Under the pieces are notes generated by a model. The model searched no databases. It was given only the letters and a program-made list of their open reading frames with translations, and had not been told where the DNA came from. A program made the position numbers and the translations under genes. Below are positions 40,389 through 48,763 of a DNA stretch of 64,000 nt, piece after piece; position 1 is the stretch's first letter; each line of letters begins with the position of its first letter. Source of the stretch: an uncultured Bacteroidales bacterium (GTDB taxonomy: Bacteria > Bacteroidota > Bacteroidia > Bacteroidales > VadinHA17). Location: the NCBI GenBank assembly GCA_963838215.1, contig CAWIQG010000003.1, forward strand, positions 64,240 to 128,239, written 5' to 3'.

Positions 40389-41161
40389 GAATGAACTCAA
40401 AGACAATATATATTGTAGTACTTCTTTTTGTTTTTTCATTTGCAAATGAAGCTATTGCACAGGAAACAAATACAGGTGAATTCGATAAAGGAGTAACTTA
40501 TTTTGCTTCAGGAAGTTATAAGGATGCATTGCAGAATTGGACCGATATTTATAACATTGGTTACCGTTCAGCAAATCTGGATTATAATATTGGAAATGCA
40601 TATTTTAAGCTAAATAATATTCCAGGTGCCATTTTGTTCTATGAACGTGCGTACCTTCTGAATCCATCTGACGAAAATATCAATTATAACCTTCAGATAG
40701 CAAGGACTCTGATTGTTGACAGGTTTCAGGAGATCCCTGAACTCTTCTTTGTAAGATGTTATAATTTCATGTCTTTGTTTTTATCAACAAACAGTTGGGC
40801 AAAAATCAGCATTATATCATTCATACTTAGTCTTTTATTATTGTCGCTCTATATTTATTCAACAAATTACCGATACAAGGTAAGCGGGTTCTGGCTAGCA
40901 GTATTGTTTTTTATTATCGCTCTTGCCTCTTTCACTTTCACTGTAAGAAATAATTCACTGGTTTACGACAGTCATAAGGCGATAATATTCACTCCCCAGG
41001 TAAGCGGGAAAAGTTCACCTGATAATAGCGGTACAGATCTTTTTGTGCTGCATGAAGGCACAAAAGTATCTGTTGAAGATGAAGTAGGAGAGTGGTTCGA
41101 AATAAGGCTTTCAGACGGGAATAAGGGATGGGTGCCTGTAAATAGTCTTAATATAATTTGA
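40385..41161 (+). CDS. batE: BatE, TPR plus SH3-like domain membrane protein
   Basis: TPR segment (NIGNAYFKLNNIPGAILFYERAYLLNP), two TM helices, and a C-terminal SH3-like WFEIRLSDGNKGWVP. Confidence 0.75.
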   Translation: MRMNSKTIYIVVLLFVFSFANEAIAQETNTGEFDKGVTYFASGSYKDALQNWTDIYNIGYRSANLDYNIGNAYFKLNNIPGAILFYERAYLLNPSDENINYNLQIARTLIVDRFQEIPELFFVRCYNFMSLFLSTNSWAKISIISFILSLLLLSLYIYSTNYRYKVSGFWLAVLFFIIALASFTFTVRNNSLVYDSHKAIIFTPQVSGKSSPDNSGTDLFVLHEGTKVSVEDEVGEWFEIRLSDGNKGWVPVNSLNII

Positions 41162-41228
41162 CACCTTTGCAACTTATTTGCTATATTTCAGGTCAGATTT
41201 TAAATGTGATCTTTAATTCTTTCCTGCT

Positions 41229-41621
41229 ATGAAAAAATATATCCTTATTTCTTTTTTAATTTTGTCCGTGCTTGCCTGCAAAAAGACAAAAATGTCACCG
41301 GAAGGACCTACCGATGTCAGAGTAAAGAACTTATCTACTTTTGACTTTACTGAGGTTATTGTAAATACATCTGGCGGAATAGATACTCTTGGAAATATAA
41401 GCGCACAAGGATATTCTGATTATTTCCGGTTCGATAAGGCATTTAATGTAGCCCAGATAGATGTAAAAATCAATGGTGTAGCATATTCTACAGGGGCTGT
41501 CAATTACAATGGTTTGACCTATATCGGGCAGGCAAAAATAACTTATGAAGTCTATATTTTTGACGATACCAATAAAAAACTTAAGATCGGTAATTGCTCT
41601 CTTGATGCCCCATTGGATTAA
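41229..41621 (+). CDS. Small hypothetical lipoprotein (130 aa)
   Basis: Lipobox LSVLAC. The stop codon abuts the start of the next gene. Confidence 0.5.
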   Translation: MKKYILISFLILSVLACKKTKMSPEGPTDVRVKNLSTFDFTEVIVNTSGGIDTLGNISAQGYSDYFRFDKAFNVAQIDVKINGVAYSTGAVNYNGLTYIGQAKITYEVYIFDDTNKKLKIGNCSLDAPLD

Positions 41622-42371
41622 ATGGAAGAAAAGGAGAGAGTAATACAAGGTGAATGGAGCCTGATCGCATTCAGCTTTTTAACCACATTATCAGTAACAA
41701 TAGCTATTTCTTCTTTGATTAGAGGGATATTCCCAAAAAAACTTTTATTTTTTCCTATAATTGTGATTGCAGGATTAATATCGCTGCTTCACCTGGGAAG
41801 AAAAATGAGATCCTGGAGATCTGTTGCAAATCTGAAGAAATCACCTTTAAGTCGTGAAATTACCATGTTTTTAGTTTATTCTGCTCTTTCTATTCCAGCA
41901 GTAATCCTCCAATTACCTGGTTTTCTTTTTTTCTTATCAATAACAGGCCTTATTTTGCTTATTTCTATTGATAGTGTTTATATATTTTCCGATAAAAGTA
42001 AGTCTGTAATTTTACATAGCGGGCAGACTTTCTTAAGCGCACTATTAATCGTTTCCTTCTTCACAGGTATTATCCTTCCATTTGTATTTACAGGAATAAT
42101 TAAATTAACAGCATCTTTTTATAACCTTAATACCAGCAAAGGTTCTGTTAATAATTTCACAATAAGATTTCTTAGAATAGCTCTTCTTATGATAACTGGT
42201 GCCAGCCTGATTTCAGGAATATCTTACCCCGGTTTGTTTATATCCATATTATTTCTCACAGGAGAGCTATTGGACCGGATAATATTTTATATTGACTTTT
42301 CCCCGGTTAATATTAATTCAGAAATAATTAAAGAATTAAACATCGAGCGAAATGAAAAAGAAAGAGGTTAA
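41622..42371 (+). CDS. DmsC/YnfH-like (DMSO reductase anchor subunit family) membrane protein
   Basis: About 8 TM helices. The family-like motif after TM2 is LHLGRKMRSWRSVANLKKSPLSREI (compare the HLGRP.RAW...SWLSRE pattern). Confidence 0.55.
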   Translation: MEEKERVIQGEWSLIAFSFLTTLSVTIAISSLIRGIFPKKLLFFPIIVIAGLISLLHLGRKMRSWRSVANLKKSPLSREITMFLVYSALSIPAVILQLPGFLFFLSITGLILLISIDSVYIFSDKSKSVILHSGQTFLSALLIVSFFTGIILPFVFTGIIKLTASFYNLNTSKGSVNNFTIRFLRIALLMITGASLISGISYPGLFISILFLTGELLDRIIFYIDFSPVNINSEIIKELNIERNEKERG

Positions 42372-43530
42372 CAGTTCACGTATGCCTGTTTACAGGGATG
42401 CCGGGTTTGAACTTTATGATGCTGAGACCACTTCAGCTGCTTTTAAGAAAGAGACTGAACACTCAAGAGAACCTGAGAACTACATTTATTCACGTTACCG
42501 TAACCCTACAGTTGTTTCGGCTGAAGAGAAAATTATGAAACTCGAAGGTTGTTCATGGGCTCTTCTCACTCAGTCGGGCATGGCTGCCATTGATACTGCT
42601 CTTTCAATATTTCAGAAAGGTAAAGAGATCAAACCATGGTTATTCTTTACAGAGATTTATGGTGGAACAATTTCGTACATTGAGTCAATCCTGAAAGCGC
42701 GAAGAGGACTTGATGTTCACTATTTTACTCCGGAAAATGGGAAATATGATCTTAATGAATTCGAAAAAGTAATTTCCCGGTTGAAGCCAGAATTCGTTTA
42801 TATAGAATCTATCTCAAACCCGATGCTGATAGTCGCCGATGTCGCAGAAACAACCAGAATAGCAAAAAAATACGGATCGAAGATAATAATTGACAATACA
42901 TTTGCAACTCCATGGCTTTACAAGCCGCTGGAAGAAGGCGTGGATATAGTCATTCATAGTGCCACAAAGTATTTTTCCGGACATGGAAATCTTACTGCAG
43001 GAGTGATCTGCGGGAATAATAAGGAAATCATGCAATCTTCCATCGAGTACAGAAAATTTGTAGGACACATGCTTTCTCCCGATGATGCTTACAGGCTACA
43101 GACACAAATACAGTCATTTGAGCTCAGGTTCTCCCGTCAATGTGTTAATGCTTCCAGGCTGGCTGAATACCTTGATAAAGTTACGGTTATCAGAAGAGTC
43201 TGGTTTCCTGGATTGAAAAGCCACACCACTTATCATATAGCTGAAAAGCTTTTTGGAGGAAAAGGATTTGGAGCGATGATAACATTTGATTTTGATGGAA
43301 AAAATAACGAAGAGAAGAGAAACCGGAGGGATAAATTCATTAAACTGGTATCAGAAAAAATAAAGTTAATTCCAACATTAGGGGACCCGCATACAATATT
43401 GATGCCTGTCGAGTCGGTGTGGGAAGCCAAATATCCGGAGCCCGGAATGATAAGATTGTCCGTAGGTTTCGAAGATTATTCTGAACTGGACGTTACAATA
43501 TCTAAAGCCCTGAAGATTATTAAAGGTTAA
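42352..43530 (+). CDS. Cys/Met-metabolism PLP-dependent enzyme (cystathionine gamma-synthase/lyase family)
   Basis: YSRYRNPT is the N-terminal family motif, DNTFATP follows, and the Schiff-base lysine lies in HSATKYFSGHG. The likely true start is the ATG at 42382 (MPVYRD...). Confidence 0.8.
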   Translation: MKKKEVNSSRMPVYRDAGFELYDAETTSAAFKKETEHSREPENYIYSRYRNPTVVSAEEKIMKLEGCSWALLTQSGMAAIDTALSIFQKGKEIKPWLFFTEIYGGTISYIESILKARRGLDVHYFTPENGKYDLNEFEKVISRLKPEFVYIESISNPMLIVADVAETTRIAKKYGSKIIIDNTFATPWLYKPLEEGVDIVIHSATKYFSGHGNLTAGVICGNNKEIMQSSIEYRKFVGHMLSPDDAYRLQTQIQSFELRFSRQCVNASRLAEYLDKVTVIRRVWFPGLKSHTTYHIAEKLFGGKGFGAMITFDFDGKNNEEKRNRRDKFIKLVSEKIKLIPTLGDPHTILMPVESVWEAKYPEPGMIRLSVGFEDYSELDVTISKALKIIKG

Positions 43531-43590
43531 GGTTAAGGTTAAGGTTAAGGTTAAGGTTAAGGTTAAGGTTAAGGTTGAGGTTGAGGTTGA
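43525..43590. repeat. Hexanucleotide tandem repeat (GGTTAA)x8 then (GGTTGA)x3
   Basis: Read directly from the sequence. The first unit contains the stop codon of the PLP-enzyme gene, and every unit carries an in-frame TAA or TGA. Confidence 0.95.
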
Positions 43591-43636
43591 GAGTTTGGAT
43601 TCTAAACTTTAATCTAAATCTCACCCTCAGCCTCAG

Positions 43637-44302
43637 CTACTGCCAGTTAATTGGCTCAATACCATTTGCTTTCAGATAATTATTGCATTTGCTGAAATGC
43701 TTATTTCCAAAGAATCCACGCGATGCTGAAAGAGGAGAGGGGTGAACTGATTCTAACACCAGGTGTTTTGATCTGTCAATTGTTTCTCCTTTTTTCTGGG
43801 CATAAGATCCCCAAAGGAAAAAAACAATATTCTTCTTTTCATTATTAATAACAGATATGACACTATCCGTAAACTCTTCCCAACCTTTTTTCTGGTGCGA
43901 TCCTGCCTGATGTGCCCTTACAGTAAGTGTGGCGTTCAGAAGCAAAACACCCTGAGATGCCCATCGTTCCAGATTTCCGCTCTTTGGCCTGTTCAGACCA
44001 AGATCCAATTCAATTTCTTTAAAGATATTAATGAGACTCGGAGGAAATTCAACACCTTCCCTCACCGAAAAGCACAATCCATGTGCCTGTCTGGGTCCGT
44101 GATAAGGGTCCTGCCCGATGATTACAGCTTTTACTTTCTCAAAAGGACAAAGATTGAACGCGTTAAAAATCAGGCTTCCGGGAGGATAAATAGTATTAAG
44201 CCTGTATTCATCCCTTACAAATTGTGAAAGTCTGATGAAATACTCCTTTTCAAATTCATCTTTCAGTTTTGATTTCCAGGTTGTCTCAATATTAACATCC
44301 AT
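43637..44302 (-). CDS. ung: Uracil-DNA glycosylase (family 1)
   Basis: GQDPYHGPRQAHGLCFSV, the LLLN block and the HPSPLSA leucine-loop motif. Confidence 0.95.
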   Translation of the reverse strand: MDVNIETTWKSKLKDEFEKEYFIRLSQFVRDEYRLNTIYPPGSLIFNAFNLCPFEKVKAVIIGQDPYHGPRQAHGLCFSVREGVEFPPSLINIFKEIELDLGLNRPKSGNLERWASQGVLLLNATLTVRAHQAGSHQKKGWEEFTDSVISVINNEKKNIVFFLWGSYAQKKGETIDRSKHLVLESVHPSPLSASRGFFGNKHFSKCNNYLKANGIEPINWQ

Positions 44303-44330
44303 TTTTCTTTTTCTTTTTCTTTTTCTTTTT
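44303..44330. repeat. (GAAAAA)n on the minus strand, abutting the ung start codon
   Basis: The plus strand reads TTTTC(TTTTTC)x3 TTTTT directly next to CAT (44300-44302). Confidence 0.9.
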
Positions 44331-44703
44331 ATAAATAGATTAATTCACCGCTAATGTAGCAAAATAAACAATGGGATATAAACCAAATGGGCCGTCGGTC
44401 AATGCCGGCAGCCCATAACTCAATTTCACTCTCACAAGTTAACCTAAAACCACTTCTGACAATCTAAGAAACTGAACTCCTAAGTGTTTTGAAATTTAAA
44501 AGAAATTTCAGAATAACCATATCAAATTTATAAATTACTTTCATACATACCTAATATATTACGCGAAAGCAATGAAATCGTTTATAAACGTTAACTATTT
44601 ATAAACGAAATTATATTTATGCAGGAACGGATCCTTAGAAAAGAGTTATTTTTGATTTTTCATTTACTAAAATCTATGGTTAGATACTAACTTTACCAAA
44701 AAA

Positions 44704-45153
44704 ATGGCAACTGAAACGGAACGTAAGTTTCTTACAAAAGGAGAATTCAGATACCTGGCTGTCGGAGAAATCAGAATAATTCAAGCTTACTTGTCCATTG
44801 ATCCGGATAAAACCATCAGGTTGAGAATTGCTGACAATAAAGCTTTCCTCACAATAAAAAGCCGTATAAGCAAAACATCTATTGCTCGGAATGAATGGGA
44901 GTTTCCGGTCCCTTTACCGGACGCAAATGAGATGTTGCAGCTCTGTGTACCCGGTAAAATTGTTAAAACCAGATATTTAATTCCATCGGGTAAACATACT
45001 TTTGAAGTTGATGTTTTTCATGACAAAAATGAAGGTCTTATTATTGCAGAAATTGAACTTTCTTCAGAAGATGAACAATTTGAGAAGCCAGACTGGCTTG
45101 GGGATGAGGTAACTGGTAAACCTGAATATTATAATGCTAACCTTATAAAATAG
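44704..45153 (+). CDS. CYTH-domain protein (triphosphatase / class IV adenylate cyclase fold)
   Basis: The N-terminal ETERKFL gives the ExExK signature. The 149-aa size and IAEIEL strand are typical of CYTH. Confidence 0.75.
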   Translation: MATETERKFLTKGEFRYLAVGEIRIIQAYLSIDPDKTIRLRIADNKAFLTIKSRISKTSIARNEWEFPVPLPDANEMLQLCVPGKIVKTRYLIPSGKHTFEVDVFHDKNEGLIIAEIELSSEDEQFEKPDWLGDEVTGKPEYYNANLIK

Positions 45154-45156
45154 AAC

Positions 45157-46122
45157 TTATTTGTTTAAATCATTAATAATCCTCTGTATCACATCGATAA
45201 AAGGATAGCCTACTTCTTTTGTGGCCGCTACGAACCCTCCGTCAGGAGAAATACAAGGATTAGCATTCACCTCAAGTACAAACACATTATCATTACTGTC
45301 TGTTCGTACATCAACCCTGGCATAGCCCTTTAATCCAAACAGGTTCCAACATGCACGTGCTGATTCTTTAAGATCTTTCTCCAACTTCGTACTTAGTTTT
45401 TTCCCCGGAAACTCACGCACTGTATTTATATACTCAAAGCTCTCCATTTCCCATTTAGCTTTAAAATCCACTATCCTTGGTTTATTAATATCATAATTAA
45501 CGAAAACAATCTCGGCCGGAGGCAAAACTTCTGGACCATTTTTCCCAGCTAATACGCTGATATTAAACTCTCTTCCATCAATAAAATCTTCAATAAACCA
45601 ATGTGAATCATCAAGCCCTTTTAGCTTTTCCTCGAAACCCGGTTTGCACTCAAACACCGAATCTCCAGTAATTCCAAGAGATCCATCTTCCCAGATTGGT
45701 TTGATAATGTATTTTCTTCCACTTTTGAGAAGGTTACTTTGCGAAGGTGAATATGAGGCAGGATTATTAATACAGGCATTCTTCATAGCTCTACTGGCAA
45801 GGGTTTTACTGCTGGTAATAAAAATTGCTTCAAGGGGATTACCGGAATAAGGAATTGAATACATATTCAGTAGGGCAGGAATGAAATAACTGAGTTCTCC
45901 TTTATTATTTATTGATTCTACAAGATTATATACAAAATCAGGTTTTTCTTCAGCAAGGATCTTTATCTCTTCCATGAAACCTGAAGTGATCCCTTTTCTG
46001 TAAACCGAGATACCAAGTTCCTCGAGATATTTTTCAATGTGAGCTACCTGGTCCAGAACGTCAAGTTCATCAGCAAGAGCTCCCTCACGGGGTTCATTAT
46101 AAATAATACAGCATCTCTTCAT
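45157..46122 (-). CDS. ATP-grasp ligase, D-Ala-D-Ala ligase-like (paralogue A, intact)
   Basis: 321 aa with a Ddl-like layout. The central ATP-grasp region is IIKPIWEDGSLGI ... IEDFIDGREFNISVL, and the C-terminal Mg/ATP motif is ARVDVR ... VLEVNANPCIS. Confidence 0.75.
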   Translation of the reverse strand: MKRCCIIYNEPREGALADELDVLDQVAHIEKYLEELGISVYRKGITSGFMEEIKILAEEKPDFVYNLVESINNKGELSYFIPALLNMYSIPYSGNPLEAIFITSSKTLASRAMKNACINNPASYSPSQSNLLKSGRKYIIKPIWEDGSLGITGDSVFECKPGFEEKLKGLDDSHWFIEDFIDGREFNISVLAGKNGPEVLPPAEIVFVNYDINKPRIVDFKAKWEMESFEYINTVREFPGKKLSTKLEKDLKESARACWNLFGLKGYARVDVRTDSNDNVFVLEVNANPCISPDGGFVAATKEVGYPFIDVIQRIINDLNK

Positions 46123-46165
46123 AATTCTTCGAACTCATAAGTTAAAACTGCTGATTCCGTACTTT

Positions 46166-47136
46166 TTAACCCTTAATTCTTGTAAGCGCTGCTTTCATTA
46201 TCATTTCCATTAATGTCTGGTATTCAATACCATACATTCGGGATAATATCGGCAGGTCGGAATGGATGGGATTAAGCCCGGCAAGCGGATTTGCTTCTAT
46301 AAAACATATTTTACCTTTACGGTCAGCTTTCAGATCAATTCTTCCGGCATCAACTGCCTGCAATGCTTTCCACGCCCCGAGTGCAACTGTTTTACATTCG
46401 TCAATTATATCAGGATCAAGAGGTTTGTATTTACAATAATTCTGATAATTCTCCTTCACTTCAACCGAATAAGGAAGGTTATTCGCACAGTCATAACTTC
46501 CATTCCTCCAATTGCTACTGCTGTATCGCCTGACCCGACTATCCCAACAGTAAATTCTCTTCCTGGCAGATATTCTTCAACCAAAGCAGGTTGTTTAAAC
46601 TCTTTAAGTATCCAATTGACCATAGTTGTCAGCTCATCCGAAGAATTAACAAGACTCTTCTCGGTGATGCCTTTGCCTGTTCCTTCCGAAACAGGCTTGA
46701 CAAACAGAGGATAATTAAGACTGCATTTATCTAAGTCTTTCAGTTCGTTAATCAGATAACCCGGACTTACAGGAATACCTGCAGCAGTTACCACAAGTTT
46801 TGCAAGATGCTTGTTGAGTGAAAGTCCCATTATCACGGGACCGCTGAACACATAAGGTATTTTATACTGATCGAGAATCGCTGGAACAACTGATTCTCTT
46901 CCGTCACCGTATAATCCTTCCGCAATATTGAAAACCATATCCCATCTTTTACCTGCAGCCAAGGCATCTATCAGTTGAAAAGTATTTCCGACAGGTTCGG
47001 TTTCATGCCCCATCATATTTAAGGAATTCTCCAGAGCATCGACTGTTTCCTGTTTATCAAATTCGGCAGTTTCATCCATGGAATAACCACGGTCAATATA
47101 CCATGACCGCAGATCAAATGTCAAGCCAATTTTCAT
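46166..47136 (-). pseudogene. ATP-grasp ligase, D-Ala-D-Ala ligase-like (paralogue B), split into 226-aa and 97-aa ORFs
   Basis: The N-terminal ORF (47136-46456) ends 16 codons after GGMEV. The C-terminal part continues in another frame (SYDCANNLPYSVEVKENYQ...GRIDLKAD...FIEANPLAGL). The two parts sum to about 323 aa, the size of paralogue A. Confidence 0.7.
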
Positions 47137-47144
47137 GTATAGCC

Positions 47145-48386
47145 CTATTTTTCAGGATATTCGCATAATACACCCTTGTAATTACGCAGTACTATCCGTT
47201 CGTCATTATGTTCTACAACATAATTTGGAAGCAGAGGAATTTTTCCACCGCCTCCGGGAGCATCAACAACAAACGTAGGTACAGCATATCCACTGGTGAA
47301 GCCCCTGAGTCCTTTTATTATTTCAAGACCTTTCTTCACAGTTGTTCTGAAATGTCCCGATCCTGGTATCAGGTCACATTGATAAAGATAATATGGTCTT
47401 ACCCTTATTTTCAGCAACCGGTGCATAAGTTCCTTCATTGTAGGAACATTATCATTAATACCTTTTAAAAGAACAGTCTGACTTCCAAGAGGGAACCCAC
47501 CATCGGCAAGTTTAATACAAGCCTTTGCACACTCATCAGTTATTTCTGCCGGATGAGAAAAGTGAAGACTGATGAAGAGAGGATGATATTTTCGGAGTAT
47601 ATTAATTAAACCATCTGTTACCCGCTGTGGAAGAACAACTGGAATTCTTGTTCCGATTCTGATAATCTCAACATGTCCGATATTCCGGATATTAGAGAGG
47701 ATGTAATCGAGCGTCTCATCATTCAGGGTAAGCGGATCGCCACCACTGATAAGTACATCTCTGACTTCCTTATGGCTGGCAATATAATTAAATGCTCTTT
47801 CGTAATCCTGCCTGCCAAGCTTGTCAAGTCTTCCAACAGAATGCGATCGTGTACAATATCTGCAATAATTTGAACAAACCTGTGTAACTGTAAACAGGAC
47901 CCTGTCAGGATACCTGTGTACAATTCCCTTAATCGGAGAAAATGATTTCTCGTGCAGCGGATCAGACTGCTCGCTGCTTGTTTCAAGCAATTCTTCTACT
48001 ACAGGAATTACATTACGACGTAAAGGATGTGATGGTTTGCTCTCATAAATAAGTGAAGCAAAATACGGAGTAATCCGCAAAGGAAGACGGCCCTTAAGAT
48101 TATTAATAGCTATAATCTCCTTTTCGGACAATTTCATGATTTTCTTTAGGTCTTCGATGCTTGTGATAGTATTTCGAAGTTGCCATTTCCAATCATTCCA
48201 GGAATCGATAGTTGCGAGGGGGAAGTAGCGGTGCATGAACTCCGAACTTCGGTTGCTGACTAACTCATTTGGGATTACGTTTTGCGAAAAATACGTGGTT
48301 TTCGCGCCAGGTTCTTCATCAGAAGAACAACCCACGAGGCGACTCTCTCCGTGGAAAGTCGTAGCCTCATTATTGTTAGTGTTCAT
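47145..48386 (-). CDS. kamA: KamA-family radical SAM / PLP aminomutase (lysine 2,3-aminomutase-like)
   Basis: The radical SAM motif is CSNYCRYCTR. Other family blocks are PLRITPYFASLI, SGGDPL, YLYQCDLIPGSGHFRT and PTFVVDAPGGGGKIP, which contains the PLP lysine. Confidence 0.85.
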   Translation of the reverse strand: MNTNNNEATTFHGESRLVGCSSDEEPGAKTTYFSQNVIPNELVSNRSSEFMHRYFPLATIDSWNDWKWQLRNTITSIEDLKKIMKLSEKEIIAINNLKGRLPLRITPYFASLIYESKPSHPLRRNVIPVVEELLETSSEQSDPLHEKSFSPIKGIVHRYPDRVLFTVTQVCSNYCRYCTRSHSVGRLDKLGRQDYERAFNYIASHKEVRDVLISGGDPLTLNDETLDYILSNIRNIGHVEIIRIGTRIPVVLPQRVTDGLINILRKYHPLFISLHFSHPAEITDECAKACIKLADGGFPLGSQTVLLKGINDNVPTMKELMHRLLKIRVRPYYLYQCDLIPGSGHFRTTVKKGLEIIKGLRGFTSGYAVPTFVVDAPGGGGKIPLLPNYVVEHNDERIVLRNYKGVLCEYPEK

Positions 48387-48763
48387 AACAGATGATGAAA
48401 ATTTTCACCTTTTCTTTTTAAATTGTTCGTTTTAAATTTATACTGTTAACCTAAAATATTTAGCCACGAAAATATATAATCTATAAATACAATGTATCAT
48501 TCGACTACCAGAAATATTAACACTATTGGCATTTTATTAACAATCGATATTTTTGGTTATATTTAAATGTGCTCTATTAGATTGTGTATATGTATGTTAT
48601 AAGGATTCTAAATCAAATTCAAATTATCATCTAAATTGGTAGTTTCTTGACTATTTTTTTTTCGAATCAGACTTTTATTTATTTATGAGGAACCTTAAAA
48701 ACGACTTTTTCTTCCCATAATTTTATAAAGCTGTACAAAAATAAATTACCATGAATTAATTTT

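Noticed and set aside
43525-43590. CRISPR-like or telomere-like repeat
   Set aside because: The units are 6 nt with no spacers, and no cas genes are present. GGTTAA is not a known telomeric unit, and the context is an internal convergent gene junction. It is a simple microsatellite.
44377-44413. GC-rich hairpin ATGGGCCGTCGG-loop-GCCGGCAGCCCAT in the ung/CYTH spacer
   Set aside because: The structure is real but isolated. It has no U tract on the strand where a terminator would make sense, and no second copy in the window, so it is too little to interpret.
46262-46714. 150-aa plus-strand ORF
   Set aside because: It is antisense to the ATP-grasp paralogue B, which carries clear family motifs. 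It has no motifs of its own.
48387-48763. Lysine riboswitch or other leader upstream of kamA
   Set aside because: I read the minus strand across the 377-nt spacer. It is uniformly AT-rich, with no L-box core features and no convincing conserved helices. It is probably just the promoter and leader.
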